DNA from: Bacteroidota bacterium
GTDB taxonomy: Bacteria > Bacteroidota > Bacteroidia > Cytophagales > Cyclobacteriaceae
Reading direction: 5' to 3'
NCBI GenBank assembly: GCA_039192005.1
Contig: JBCCXH010000001.1
Coordinates: 1 to 58,409 of the forward strand
DNA: 58,409 bases
Shown here piece after piece: positions 46,640-57,300 of this stretch. A program made the translations under genes and the position numbers. The notes beneath the pieces were generated by a model. It was not told the origin of the DNA. It did no database searches and worked only from the letters and a program-made list of their open reading frames with translations. Every line of letters starts with the position of its first letter. Position 1 is the first letter of the stretch.

Positions 46640-47086
46640 CTAAAATTTCCTGATCAGCACCACTCCACCAATGATGAGTAGCATCCCAGCTATTTTTTGC
46701 CAACTGATCGTCTGCACGGGAATACCCAGCAATCCATAGTTATCAATGATCAAGGAAATGCCCAGCTGTCCGGTCACAATTAACCCGAAGGTCAGTGCCA
46801 CCCCCAGTTTGGGTGCCAGAATGATCACACAGGCTACGTAAAAAGCGCCGAGTATCCCAGCACTCCATACAGAGGCATGTACGGTCCGAGCCTCGGCCAG
46901 TGTACTCAGATCTGTACGGGTAGCTAGCAGGTAAATAACTAGTCCGATGGAGCCTACCACAAAAGAGATGAATGCTGCATAGACAGGGTCCCCAACTGCT
47001 TTCCCCATCTTTCCATTGAGCGCTGCTTGGATAGGAAGTATCGCCCCGGCAACTACCGCCAGAAGCATAAAAATGAACGTCTTCAT
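46640..47086 (-). CDS. DMT family inner-membrane transporter (YdcZ/DUF606-like)
   Basis: AGAILPIQAALNG...ISFVVG...GQLGISLIIDNYGLLG. Confidence 0.88.
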   Translation of the reverse strand: MKTFIFMLLAVVAGAILPIQAALNGKMGKAVGDPVYAAFISFVVGSIGLVIYLLATRTDLSTLAEARTVHASVWSAGILGAFYVACVIILAPKLGVALTFGLIVTGQLGISLIIDNYGLLGIPVQTISWQKIAGMLLIIGGVVLIRKF

Positions 47087-47520
47087 GCGTTTAGTTTTTT
47101 TGAAATAAGATGATCAATCGAGTACTGCCCGGGCCCCACTAACAGGATAAGTGTATAGGCCAAAGAGTACATCAGCGGCACGTCCTTCACGGGCCAGGGA
47201 TCATTGAAATGGACCAAAAAGAATCCACTGAGTGTAAGGGACAATATCCCAATGGCAGATGCTCTGGTAAACAACCCAATGGCTACCAATCCGGCCAACC
47301 CTACGTTTACAATGATAGAAATGTACGTACTCGCTAATCCTCCCATCCCAAAGGGATCAGGAATGTGCTGGACCGTACCTTCGAAGTCCACCACTTTCTT
47401 CCAGCCGTGGGTTCGAATCATTGCAAATGCTATCAGCACCCGAAAACCAAGGATAATGGCGCTCAAACGCTTTTGATCTGGTAGTGTTGCCGATAGCACC
47501 TGCATGATTAGTTGCTTCAT
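47083..47520 (-). CDS. DoxX family membrane protein
   Basis: RVLIAFAMIRTHGWKK, GLFTRASA, GPGQYSID. Confidence 0.88.
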   Translation of the reverse strand: MKQLIMQVLSATLPDQKRLSAIILGFRVLIAFAMIRTHGWKKVVDFEGTVQHIPDPFGMGGLASTYISIIVNVGLAGLVAIGLFTRASAIGILSLTLSGFFLVHFNDPWPVKDVPLMYSLAYTLILLVGPGQYSIDHLISKKLNA

Positions 47521-47525
47521 ATCAA

Positions 47526-48068
47526 TTATTTCTCAATCAATTGAACATTCAGTGCTAGTCTTACCTCCTCACTGACTACAATGCTCCCCGCTTCGGTAAC
47601 GGCACTCCACTTTAGCTCGAAGTCTTTTCGGTTGATCTTACCCGTGATCTCAAAGCCTGCTTTGTTCTGACCATAGGGGTCTACTGCCGTTCCTTCGTGA
47701 AGGACTCTTAGCGTCACTTCTTTGGTTACGTCCCGAATGGTCAAGTCACCCACTAACTCGTATTCTTCCTCGTTCTTTTTTGTAAAAGACTTCGAAGAAA
47801 AGGAAAGCTCAGGATACTGCTCTGCATTGAAAAAATCATCTGACTTAAGGTGAGCATCCCGATCTGCATTTCTGGTGTTGATGCTCGCCGTTTTGGCAGA
47901 AAATGACACGTCTGCATTTTCAAAACCTTCGCCTTTTGCCGCTACTTTTCCACTGAACTCGTCAAAGGCACCTGTCACTGTCGATACCATCATGTGTTTC
48001 ACTTTAAAGTGAATTTCCGAATGCATGGGATCCATCTCCCATGTCTTTGTTGCTACTGCTGTTTCCAT
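47526..48068 (-). CDS. yceI: YceI family (polyisoprenoid/quinone-binding) protein
   Basis: DPMHSEIHFKVKHMMVSTVTG, RDAHLKSDDFF, GDLTIRDVTK. Confidence 0.93.
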   Translation of the reverse strand: METAVATKTWEMDPMHSEIHFKVKHMMVSTVTGAFDEFSGKVAAKGEGFENADVSFSAKTASINTRNADRDAHLKSDDFFNAEQYPELSFSSKSFTKKNEEEYELVGDLTIRDVTKEVTLRVLHEGTAVDPYGQNKAGFEITGKINRKDFELKWSAVTEAGSIVVSEEVRLALNVQLIEK

Positions 48069-48196
48069 TGTTATTGATTTGATTTATTCCGATTTTTAGG
48101 ATTGGATCGATTAAGCGATTTATGGAGTTTTCCGATCCAAAACCGCCCAATCTTTTTATCCAAATCCTATTGTTTTCTACTTCTGCTTTGACCGTT

Positions 48197-50026
48197 TCAG
48201 CCCATGTACAACTTCCTGAAATCACCTGCCCGGTATAATGGCGACCAGTCTGGTGAAACATCAGGGAGTGCTTTAGGAGCAAATTTTTCGAAGGCATCGT
48301 ACGCATGAACGACCTTTCCACCTACAGCGGTAAGCTTCGCATGTGTCCGGGGAATGAGGACATCAGGTATGGTCATGAAATCCTGATTTAAGATCGAAAA
48401 ATCAGCCAATTGTCCTTTTTGAATCGCCCCTTTTTTGCCAGCATCCCCCGTAAACCATGCCGAACCTGTGGTCCATAGTTGTAGCGCCTCATCTCGTGTA
48501 AGAATGTTGTCATCGCCATACATTTGTCTACCTCCTCTGGACTTTCCGGTAGCCAGCCAGTAGATGGAGTACCAGGGATTGTAAGAGCTGACACGGGTAG
48601 CGTCTGTTCCTCCTCCCACAGGTATGCCCATCTTCAGCATCTTCCTCACCGGAGGTGTTTGTGCCAGTTTGGCTGCACCATAACGCGCGACGAAGTCTTC
48701 CGCCTGATAGGCGATCCTGTTCTGAACGGCGATGCCCATTCCCAACTCGGCAATACGATCCAGGGTTTTATCGGAAAAGGTTTCTCCGTGATCAATGATC
48801 GTCCCTTCGGGCAGCTTGCCGTCTCCGGCTTTGGCCACCTCTTCGTACATGTTCAGCAGGATCTCCGCCGACTCATTGTAGGTGATGTGCTGACGCCAGG
48901 GCCAGTTATTCTCTGCGAGGAGCTTGTAAATGGGTAGGGCCTTCTCCCGAACATCTGAATCCAGACTCGGACGCTCCTGAGCAAAGATCTCATAATCATA
49001 AGCGGCCCAGCAGATGTTTTCACCGCCACCAATAAACCGAAGCATGTCATCTCCGTCACCGGGCTTGACCATACCGATCCATCGCTTGTAGTCCTCGTAC
49101 TCACGCCCTCCTACTTGCGGGAACGTATGAATTCCTACCCTCACGGTGGATAGTCCTTTTTTATTCACGTCATAGATCACATCGTACGCGTCAGGGTATT
49201 GCATCCCGCCGCCACCAGCATCAGAGATCGAGGTTAGCCCAAGCACGTTCATCTCATTCATAAAGTGCTGGGTACCAAGTACCTGTTGCTCTTTTGACTT
49301 TTTGGGTAGCTTAGTCAGCGTCTTGTACATGATGAGACCTGACGGAGCGGACGTGATAATGCCCGTCGCCCTTCCTCTCTTGTCTTTTTCTATCCGCCCT
49401 TTGTGGTAAAGGTCAATAGGCTCATTGTCATAATTAAGTACCTCCACGGCCTTTTTGTTGAGCATACCGTAGGCATAGAGGTAAAAAATGTACACGGGAT
49501 GATTGGGAGCGATTTTATTAATTTCTTCCATGGTAGGCATCCGCTTTTCACGGAACTGCTCCCAGGAGAAACCGCCTACAATTCTTATCCACTGCCCTTT
49601 CGGTGTATGCTTCACTTCCTCCGCCAGCATGGCGAGTGCTTCTTCCACTGAGTCGACCCAATCCCACCGAAGCTCCATCGCGTAATGGAGGCCTTCACGG
49701 ATACCATGTGTGTGTGAGTCATGCAGGCCAGGGATCACCCGATGTCCTTTGGCATCGATCACCCGGGTATTCGAACCAATCAAATCGGCAACTGCACTAT
49801 TGGAACCCACACGATAGTACAACCCATCCTTGATCGCAAAGGCTTCTGCAGACGGTAGGTTAGGGTCTATGGTAGACACCTTTGCATTGCGCACAACCAT
49901 ATCTGCATAGCCGGTCTGTTGCGCAAATAAACTCCCAATGGGCGATGATAGGGCCATACCAGTTGCACCAACCGCCAATGAACCCTTGAGGAAATCTCGT
50001 CGTTTCAGGTCAAAATCTTTCGTCAT
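48197..50026 (-). CDS. Tat-exported amidohydrolase 3 (YtcJ/NfdA-like)
   Basis: KRRDFLKG Tat motif; PGLHDSHTH, ELRWDWVDS, HITYN, DHGET, GGTDATRV. Confidence 0.9.
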   Translation of the reverse strand: MTKDFDLKRRDFLKGSLAVGATGMALSSPIGSLFAQQTGYADMVVRNAKVSTIDPNLPSAEAFAIKDGLYYRVGSNSAVADLIGSNTRVIDAKGHRVIPGLHDSHTHGIREGLHYAMELRWDWVDSVEEALAMLAEEVKHTPKGQWIRIVGGFSWEQFREKRMPTMEEINKIAPNHPVYIFYLYAYGMLNKKAVEVLNYDNEPIDLYHKGRIEKDKRGRATGIITSAPSGLIMYKTLTKLPKKSKEQQVLGTQHFMNEMNVLGLTSISDAGGGGMQYPDAYDVIYDVNKKGLSTVRVGIHTFPQVGGREYEDYKRWIGMVKPGDGDDMLRFIGGGENICWAAYDYEIFAQERPSLDSDVREKALPIYKLLAENNWPWRQHITYNESAEILLNMYEEVAKAGDGKLPEGTIIDHGETFSDKTLDRIAELGMGIAVQNRIAYQAEDFVARYGAAKLAQTPPVRKMLKMGIPVGGGTDATRVSSYNPWYSIYWLATGKSRGGRQMYGDDNILTRDEALQLWTTGSAWFTGDAGKKGAIQKGQLADFSILNQDFMTIPDVLIPRTHAKLTAVGGKVVHAYDAFEKFAPKALPDVSPDWSPLYRAGDFRKLYMG

Positions 50027-50088
50027 TTTTTTGATTTTTAGGTTAGAAAAACGGGTGGGACTATCGCCACCCTGTATCCATTAGAAGT

Positions 50089-50847
50089 TTACTTGCCTGA
50101 CTTGGCTTCACTGGCTTCCTCTCCGGTCAACCACTTGCTCATCGTCTTGATGTAGTCAATGCCCAGACCGTAAGCCCCACCGTATTTTTTGGAGATTTTT
50201 ACTATTTCATTATAAGTTGCATCCCTTGCCCAGTCTCTATGTATTTCCAATAGGTATTGGAGCGAGGTGACCGGCTTTACTCCTGCCTGAATCATGCGGG
50301 TGATAGCCATGTCGTGAGCCTCCTGAGAAGTGCCTCCGCTAGCATCTACTACCACGTAGACATCGTACCCATCCTCCAAAGCGGATAGCGCTGCAGCAAG
50401 CGTACATACCTCTGTCCAAAGACCGGCAATCACCAATTTTGGTTTATCCAGGTCATTGATGGCTTTTACCACTCGTTTATCCTCCCAGGAATTCATCGTG
50501 GACCGGTCGATGTAGTTTTCTCCAAAATATTCTCTGATCTCGGGAAAGACGGGTCCACTAAATGATTTTTCAGCAACCGTTGTAACTACAGTAGGTACCT
50601 CGTACAACTTGGCTGAAGCTGACAAAAGCCCCAGGTTATTTCTCAACTCTTCAATGGGTTGAGACTCTACTGCAAAGGCCATTTGGCTTTGGTGATCTAT
50701 CAATAAAAGTGCATGATTCGTAGGGTTCAGTAACTCTTTTGAGGCATTTGCCGGATCGTTATTGGGGTTGGGGTTGTACTGTTTCCATTGTGCGAATGAG
50801 AAGGAAAAGATCATCATCATCGCAAGGGTTAAAATCTGCTTTTTCAT
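50089..50847 (-). CDS. ycaC: YcaC-like isochorismatase-family hydrolase with signal peptide
   Basis: LLLIDHQ, DRSTMNSWED, AGLWTEVC and RDWAR motifs. Confidence 0.88.
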   Translation of the reverse strand: MKKQILTLAMMMIFSFSFAQWKQYNPNPNNDPANASKELLNPTNHALLLIDHQSQMAFAVESQPIEELRNNLGLLSASAKLYEVPTVVTTVAEKSFSGPVFPEIREYFGENYIDRSTMNSWEDKRVVKAINDLDKPKLVIAGLWTEVCTLAAALSALEDGYDVYVVVDASGGTSQEAHDMAITRMIQAGVKPVTSLQYLLEIHRDWARDATYNEIVKISKKYGGAYGLGIDYIKTMSKWLTGEEASEAKSGK

Positions 50848-50973
50848 CTGTTTTACTTGTTTTGAGTGCTTAATAAGTTGATTTGAAATTCGAACTCATG
50901 TCCAGCCAACGCTGACCACTTGATCAGGCTGGCTTTTCATGGTTTTTAGCTTTTAGTTGTGTATGCTCCGGTA

Positions 50974-51843
50974 TTACCTCGTTAGCCCCATGGGAACCTC
51001 CATGAGAAGGATTTTTGCGCCGGGCTGAGCTTTCACAGCAAAGTGATCCGTATCCCAGATGCCAAAGCCATCTCTTTTTCCCAACGGCTGGCCTTCGATC
51101 TCAGCCTCCCCTTCCAACACAAAAGCATAGACTCCGTTTCCTGCTTTTTTTAGCTCATACCCCGTAGTGGTCTCCTGATCAAACTGCCCGAGGTGAAACC
51201 ACGCATCCTGATGAATCCATACGCCCTGATCGTCTTCATTAGGGGATAAAATCTGTGAGAAAGTGTTGGCTTTCAACAAGTCCCCAATCTGAATTTGATC
51301 GTAGCGAGGGGTCACGTTCTTTTCATTGGGAAATACCCAGATCTGTAAGAATTTGACTTCCTTGTCTTTATTCTTGTTATATTCACTGTGATATACCCCC
51401 GTACCTGCGCTCATCACCTGGATCTCTCCCTCTTTGATCACTGCTGTCGTGCCCATGCTGTCTTTGTGCTCCAGGTCACCGCTTAATGGGATGGAAATGA
51501 TCTCCATGTTATCATGTGGGTGGGTACCAAATCCTTTCCCGCCGGATACGGTATCGTCATTAAGTACTCTGAGTACGCCGAAATTCACACGCTCAGGATT
51601 GTAGTAATTGGCAAAACTGAAGGAGTGGTATGAGTTTAACCAACCATGGTTGGCTTGTCCTCTGGTGTCTGCTTTGTGCAGTACGGTTGTCGCTGTCTTT
51701 GTTTCCATGTTTTTTATATGATTAAATCCTACTTGATTTTTAATAAGCTCATCCGAAGGTTTCTCATTCGATACGGCTTTGGTACTCATCCCAATTCCGA
51801 GTGCTCCTAAGGCTGACTTCAATAAGAACTCTTTTCGTTTCAT
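50974..51843 (-). CDS. Pirin family protein (YhhW-like) with N-terminal Tat-like extension
   Basis: HGWLNSYHSFSF, GFGTHPHDNMEI, MSAGTGVYHSE, LQIW; ATG 51843 fits the sigma54 promoter position. Confidence 0.92.
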   Translation of the reverse strand: MKRKEFLLKSALGALGIGMSTKAVSNEKPSDELIKNQVGFNHIKNMETKTATTVLHKADTRGQANHGWLNSYHSFSFANYYNPERVNFGVLRVLNDDTVSGGKGFGTHPHDNMEIISIPLSGDLEHKDSMGTTAVIKEGEIQVMSAGTGVYHSEYNKNKDKEVKFLQIWVFPNEKNVTPRYDQIQIGDLLKANTFSQILSPNEDDQGVWIHQDAWFHLGQFDQETTTGYELKKAGNGVYAFVLEGEAEIEGQPLGKRDGFGIWDTDHFAVKAQPGAKILLMEVPMGLTR

Positions 51844-51870
51844 GATTCTTCGTATTTGCGTATCTAATAC

Positions 51871-51886
51871 CCCAAGCACGTGCCAA
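51871..51886 (-). promoter_or_regulatory. Candidate sigma54 (-24/-12) promoter of the pirin operon
   Basis: TTGGCACGTGCTTGGG on the minus strand: perfect TGGCACG -24 element, degenerate -12; about 28 nt upstream of the ATG. Confidence 0.6.
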
Positions 51887-51939
51887 AAAATAAACACCTG
51901 ATTATCAAAGATTTATGTAAAATTTTCGAATTGATCTTT

Positions 51940-51974
51940 TCTCATAGATGAGATTTTTCTCATATTTCAGAAAA
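51940..51974. promoter_or_regulatory. Tandem palindromic upstream activator sequences
   Basis: TCTCAT-AG-ATGAGA (51940) and TCTCAT-AT-TTCAGA (51958), 18 bp apart. Confidence 0.6.
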
Positions 51975-52002
51975 ATGACCTCGTTTTTTTACAACTTCGA
52001 GC

Positions 52003-54123
52003 ATGACCGATGCGACGCTTTTACAGCATGCCAAGGAGTGGCAACTGGACAACCTGCCTTACGAGATCATGTGGATCAACGCGGATGGGGAAATCGAATA
52101 TCTGAATAAATCACTCAGAAAACAGCTTGGCTATACTAAAAATGAGGTTGATGGCTTAACCATCTATGACATCAACCCAAGGACGACGCAGCAGGAATGG
52201 ACCAACCACTGGAAGGAAGTAGAAGAAGGCGGAACCGTCAATTTCAAAACCATTCACAAGCGAAAAGGCGGGTTTCTTTATGACGTAGAAGTTTTTGCCC
52301 AATTTTTCTCAAATAACAGAAAAAAATTAATCTGTGCCGTTGTTAATGAAATCACCAAGTCTTCTTTTTACCGTCGCGTCTTGAATAAAGCAGAAGAACT
52401 CGTGTGTGTGGGCGGCTGGAAACTCAATGTTCAGGACCAATCCATTATCGCGACGGACCAGCTTTTCGAGATTTTTGGCGTCAAGGATGCGGAAGATATC
52501 CGTCCGGTCAATCTCATCCGGTTTTTTAAGGACCCGGACCAGTTTCAGAAATTAATCTCTAGTGCGTTGGTACAAGCCGTTCCTTTTGACGAGGTGCTGG
52601 AAGTGACGGATGCCAGAGGAACCCATAAATGGATACGATGCGCCGGTCAACCTATTTTGATTCAGGACAAGATCAACAAACTCATCGGGGTGTATCAGGA
52701 CGTGAGCGAGTCGCAGGAAAACATGCTCTCCCTACGGTTGTACAAAGAAGTCATCAACCAATCGGATGACATCGTCTTCATCTGGTCAGAGGAAGGGAAT
52801 TTGGTAGACTTTAGCGATTCTGCCATCGAACAGCTGGGGTTTTCGGAAGAGGAATTTGGGCAGACGACCATTTATCACCTGGATGAAGACATCGACGAAA
52901 AATGGTGGAGGGAGCACTTTAAGGACATCAAAGCGCGGAAACACTTTCGAATGGAGTGGAAGGCGACACGTAAAGACGGGAGCCAGTTTCCCGTGGACAT
53001 CTCTGTCAACCTGATCCGCTACCGGGGGCAGGACCTCAACTGCGCGATTCTCCGGGACATCTCCGAGAGAAAGCGGCAGGAGGCCGACCTTCAGCAGGCA
53101 TTCATCGAGATTGAGTCGCTGAAAAATCAACTGGAAAAAGAGAACGAGTACCTGCAAGAGGAGGTTCGCCACCAAGGGAACTTTGAAAACATCATCTGTA
53201 AAAGTGAAGCATACGCCAAAGTGCTGAAGCAGGTGGAGCAGGTAGCACCTACGGAAACAACCGTGCTCATCACCGGAGAGTCAGGGACCGGAAAGGAACT
53301 GTTGGCCAATGCCCTCCACCAAAACAGCAAGCGGAAAGACCATGTGCTGGTCAAAGTCAACTGTGCGACGCTTCCGAAGGAGTTGTTCGAAAGCGAGCTG
53401 TTCGGACACAAGAAAGGATCGTTTACTGGTGCGATCGCGGATAAGGAAGGCAAGTTTTCGGTGGCTGACAAGGGGACGTTGTTTCTGGATGAGATCGGCG
53501 AGGTACCCATTGAAATGCAAGCTAAGCTGCTTCGGGTGCTGCAAGAGGGAGAGTTTGACGTGCTGGGAGGCAACACGGTAAAGGTGGACGTGCGAATCGT
53601 AGCAGCGACCAACCGTAACCTGGAAAAGATGGTGGAGGAGGGAGGTTTCCGCGAAGACTTGTACTACCGACTCAACGTCTTCCCCATTCATAACATTCCG
53701 CTAAGGGAGCGTAAAGAAGACATTCCTTCATTGGGGCAATTTTTCCTGGAAAAGTACTCGGTAAAAGCTGGAAAGGGCTTCAAGCGCATCTCTAAAAAAA
53801 CAATCGACGCGATGATGGACTACCCGTTTCCCGGCAACATCCGCGAACTGGAAAACCTAATCGAGCGGGCCGTGATCATCGAAGACGGCACGACATTGTA
53901 TCCGGGCAGCTGGCTGCCTTCTGGAAAGTCGGTAAAAAAGACCGATGACACCCTGGTTTCTTTTGAAGAGATGCAGCGTGCGTATATCCTTAAGGTACTG
54001 GGCAAAACCAAAGGAAAAGTCAGTGGAGCCGGCGGAGCCGCGGAAATCCTTCAAATGAATAACAAAACGCTATTCGCCAAAATGAAGAAACTCGGCATCG
54101 AAAAGAAAGTGGTGGTGGGGTAG
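52003..54123 (+). CDS. Multi-PAS sigma54-dependent enhancer-binding protein (FhlA/NtrC-type AAA+ and Fis HTH)
   Basis: Three or more PAS-like repeats; GESGTGKE, ESELFGH, GSFTGA, LFLDEIGE, FREDLYYRLNVFP, PGNIRELEN. Confidence 0.95.
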   Translation: MTDATLLQHAKEWQLDNLPYEIMWINADGEIEYLNKSLRKQLGYTKNEVDGLTIYDINPRTTQQEWTNHWKEVEEGGTVNFKTIHKRKGGFLYDVEVFAQFFSNNRKKLICAVVNEITKSSFYRRVLNKAEELVCVGGWKLNVQDQSIIATDQLFEIFGVKDAEDIRPVNLIRFFKDPDQFQKLISSALVQAVPFDEVLEVTDARGTHKWIRCAGQPILIQDKINKLIGVYQDVSESQENMLSLRLYKEVINQSDDIVFIWSEEGNLVDFSDSAIEQLGFSEEEFGQTTIYHLDEDIDEKWWREHFKDIKARKHFRMEWKATRKDGSQFPVDISVNLIRYRGQDLNCAILRDISERKRQEADLQQAFIEIESLKNQLEKENEYLQEEVRHQGNFENIICKSEAYAKVLKQVEQVAPTETTVLITGESGTGKELLANALHQNSKRKDHVLVKVNCATLPKELFESELFGHKKGSFTGAIADKEGKFSVADKGTLFLDEIGEVPIEMQAKLLRVLQEGEFDVLGGNTVKVDVRIVAATNRNLEKMVEEGGFREDLYYRLNVFPIHNIPLRERKEDIPSLGQFFLEKYSVKAGKGFKRISKKTIDAMMDYPFPGNIRELENLIERAVIIEDGTTLYPGSWLPSGKSVKKTDDTLVSFEEMQRAYILKVLGKTKGKVSGAGGAAEILQMNNKTLFAKMKKLGIEKKVVVG

Positions 54124-54370
54124 TGTTGGATGTTTTTGCTTTAGTGAAATCATCAGTGGATCTCAGTCTTTTTCAAGTTTTACATCTGCATAAACTTCCT
54201 TCAACACCTCACAGGGGTCTACGTCAATAGCCAAAGCAATAAGGTAAAGTTCTTTTGCCCTAAGATGGGGTAAATTACGCAGGGTTGATGTCATCGCTTG
54301 TTGAGCACTTGGATAAACTTGAAACCATACTTGTCTTTGAGTCGGCTTTTACATAAAGTACCTTTTATTT

Positions 54371-57300
54371 GTGAGTAAGAACCTAACTGATAGCAATACA
54401 GGAGCAATAAGAGCAATGCGAGGGTTTCGCTTGCAGACCCTATTTACAGTTCGGGAAATACTCTCAAACCCAAGCAGTGGACTTATTTATGAACCTGAAG
54501 GGTTGGAAGACTTGGACGTCCGCAACTCGGACAACAGACTGCAACAACTTATACAGGTAAAAAGTACCAACGACACGCTATACCTTGCTGATATAGCTAA
54601 AAGCCTTAAGCGTGCAACTACAGTTTACGAGACAGGTGAATCGCCTCAATTAAGAGTTGTTTGTTTTGGTAAGGTCAGTAAAGGGCTGAGCGACCTCTTT
54701 TCCTCTTCAACTTCAGGGGACGAGTTTACAGCCAGACTTGCCGAACTCAAAATCAATTCACCGGAACTAACCCAGCTAAAGCAAAACACATCGTTCCTTT
54801 CGGTAGATGAAAAAACCTATGCCGATGATATCATTCGTCTGATTGAAGAACGAGCATTGGCATTGAATCCCAACACGGGAATAGACCTTTTGCATCAGTG
54901 GATTGCGACAATTGCAGAAAAAGGAGGAACCATTTCGCAAGAATCCCTGGTCAATCAACTTAATTCCATTGGAAAGTTTGTAGCCGAACGCGAAGATTTT
55001 CATCAGCACTTACACCGAACGATTCGACCCGTTCAGGATGTTGAAATTGACACCCTTTCGATGTCCGATCTCAAAAGTGGATTTTATAAAGGTGTCGGAG
55101 CCACCTACAAGCACATTTTGGCAGGTCTCGATGTGTCTCGGGAAACTAAAATGGATGAAATTTACGAGACATTTCAGCATAAGCATGTTGCCATCATACA
55201 CGGAGCATCAGGACAGGGGAAAAGCACTCTTGCATACCGATTTATAAAGCAGTACTACAGAGGCATAACTTACGAAGTAATGCCTCTAAGCTTAAAAGAA
55301 ACCACAGAACAGATTGCCGCATTGCATGCGATTTCCAGTTCTCTGAATTTCCCACTACTCATTTACATTGACGTAAAACCCGGCAATGCCAATTGGATCG
55401 AATTGCTAAAAGATTTTGTTGGCTCTAATGCCTTTAGGTTTCTTATCACCATTCGAGAAGAAGACTGGAATAAGACCCCAAACAAAGGAGTGCATTTTCA
55501 GTTTGAAGACATTGCGCTGGAACTACACAAAACAGAAGCAGAGAACATATACCAAGGATTAACACAGCGTGTCGAGGATAAACACCACACCGGATTCGAG
55601 GAAGCCTGGATAAAATTTGGAGGGCAAGGACCGCTATTAGAGTTCACTTACTTAACCACGCAAGGTGAAACCCTACGCGAACGCATTCAATCACAGTTAG
55701 ACCGAATCGAAGAAGAGCAACCCCAGTTAATCCCCTTACTTAAGATCGTAGGATTTGCCGATACAATGGGAGCCGGTATTCAAGTATCAAAAATTACGGC
55801 ATCTGGTATCGTAAAGGAATTAAGGCTGATTGTTAAAACATTGGAGCGAGAATACCTTTTGCGATATTCTGATGTAGAAACAACCTTAACTGGTTTGCAT
55901 CCCATCCGATCAGGGATCATATCCGAACTGCTTCATTTAGACAAAGAGGAATTAGCCGCAACAGCAGAGCGATGTACCAGCTTAGTTGCTGAACAAGACC
56001 TTTATATTTTTCTTGTTTCCGTTTTTCGGTATCACCCAAATACCCGTGAACGAATCATCAAAACCCTACCCACAATCAAGCACAGTACATACACAGGGTG
56101 TGTTAATGTGCTAAACGCTCTTATTTGGATAGGCGTCAAATCATTGATCGAAGAACATCTGATACTGTGGAATGAACTATACGATCAGGATCCGTTTTTA
56201 ATTCATGTTCGCACTCACCTCGACTTTACCGGAACGTTGAATGATAAGCCTTTTTTCCCGGAAAACGAGAACTTCCAAAATACTAAGGGCATCGTAATCA
56301 ATAAACTAGAAGAACAACAAATATCAAAAGAGCGTATTTTCGAACAGGCACAACAATGGTTAGTTAATATAGACATTCCCGATTCTGAACTCAATACAGA
56401 TCAGGAAGCGAGTTCTTTTGGAGAATTGTTTTTTTGGATAGCTCGATTAGCACCTAATAAGAAAATTGAACTGAACCGGGAAGCCATTATAACCGCCGTT
56501 AAACAAAGATCACCTGGTGCAATTTCAAGAGTATTATTTGGTTTACACACAATATCAGAAGAAGGTAAAACAATTGCTTTAGATTTAGAACCTAACTTCT
56601 TACAGATCATTGGCACGAAACTAAACGTAGCCTACCTTGAAAGATCAGAAACAAGTATAACAGCTCATTTTCTGCTCGATTTTTTCAAAGATTTTAATTC
56701 CGACAAGAACATTGCTCATCATCGAAAACTGGAAATAATCGATATTCTTCGGTATGCACTTCCTTATCTCGATAGTCATGGAGCAAAAGGACACGGACAC
56801 AAAACAAATTTCATCGAATCGGATTTCGATGATTCCAGCGCACAAATCGAAAAACAGAGCAACCCTATTTATTGGCTAACCTCGATCAACTCACTCATTC
56901 TTAACCTGCTGGTTTATGATAAGCGTCCAGAAACATGGGAAGAATTTATTGCCTTTACCTTCAAAGTAAGAAACGCATTTTCAGATCAATTGCAGCAAAT
57001 GATCAAGGCATTAGAGGAATACTTCAAAAAGAACCGAAGCAATACTCCTATCATCCAATTTGCCACCGATGCTATAACCGATAACACCTACCAAGTAGAA
57101 TACAAAATACTCTTTCCGAAACCCATATCAGACCCTACAGGAAGAGTAGCAGAAGACTCCAGCGAAAACAATCGCCCTTCAGGTCAAAGCTATAAATCAG
57201 ACGTTTCGCTGCTTACTGATAAGTTTCGCGATTATAAGGATGCACATGAAAACTATTTCTCATCACTGAATAATTTTAACAATCAAAGTCTACGTACAAT

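Noticed and set aside
50896-50940. 14-aa ORF MKSQPDQVVSVGWT between pirin and ycaC
   Set aside because: It coincides with an intercistronic stem-loop (CCAGCC...GGCTGG), so it is more likely an mRNA stability element than a peptide.
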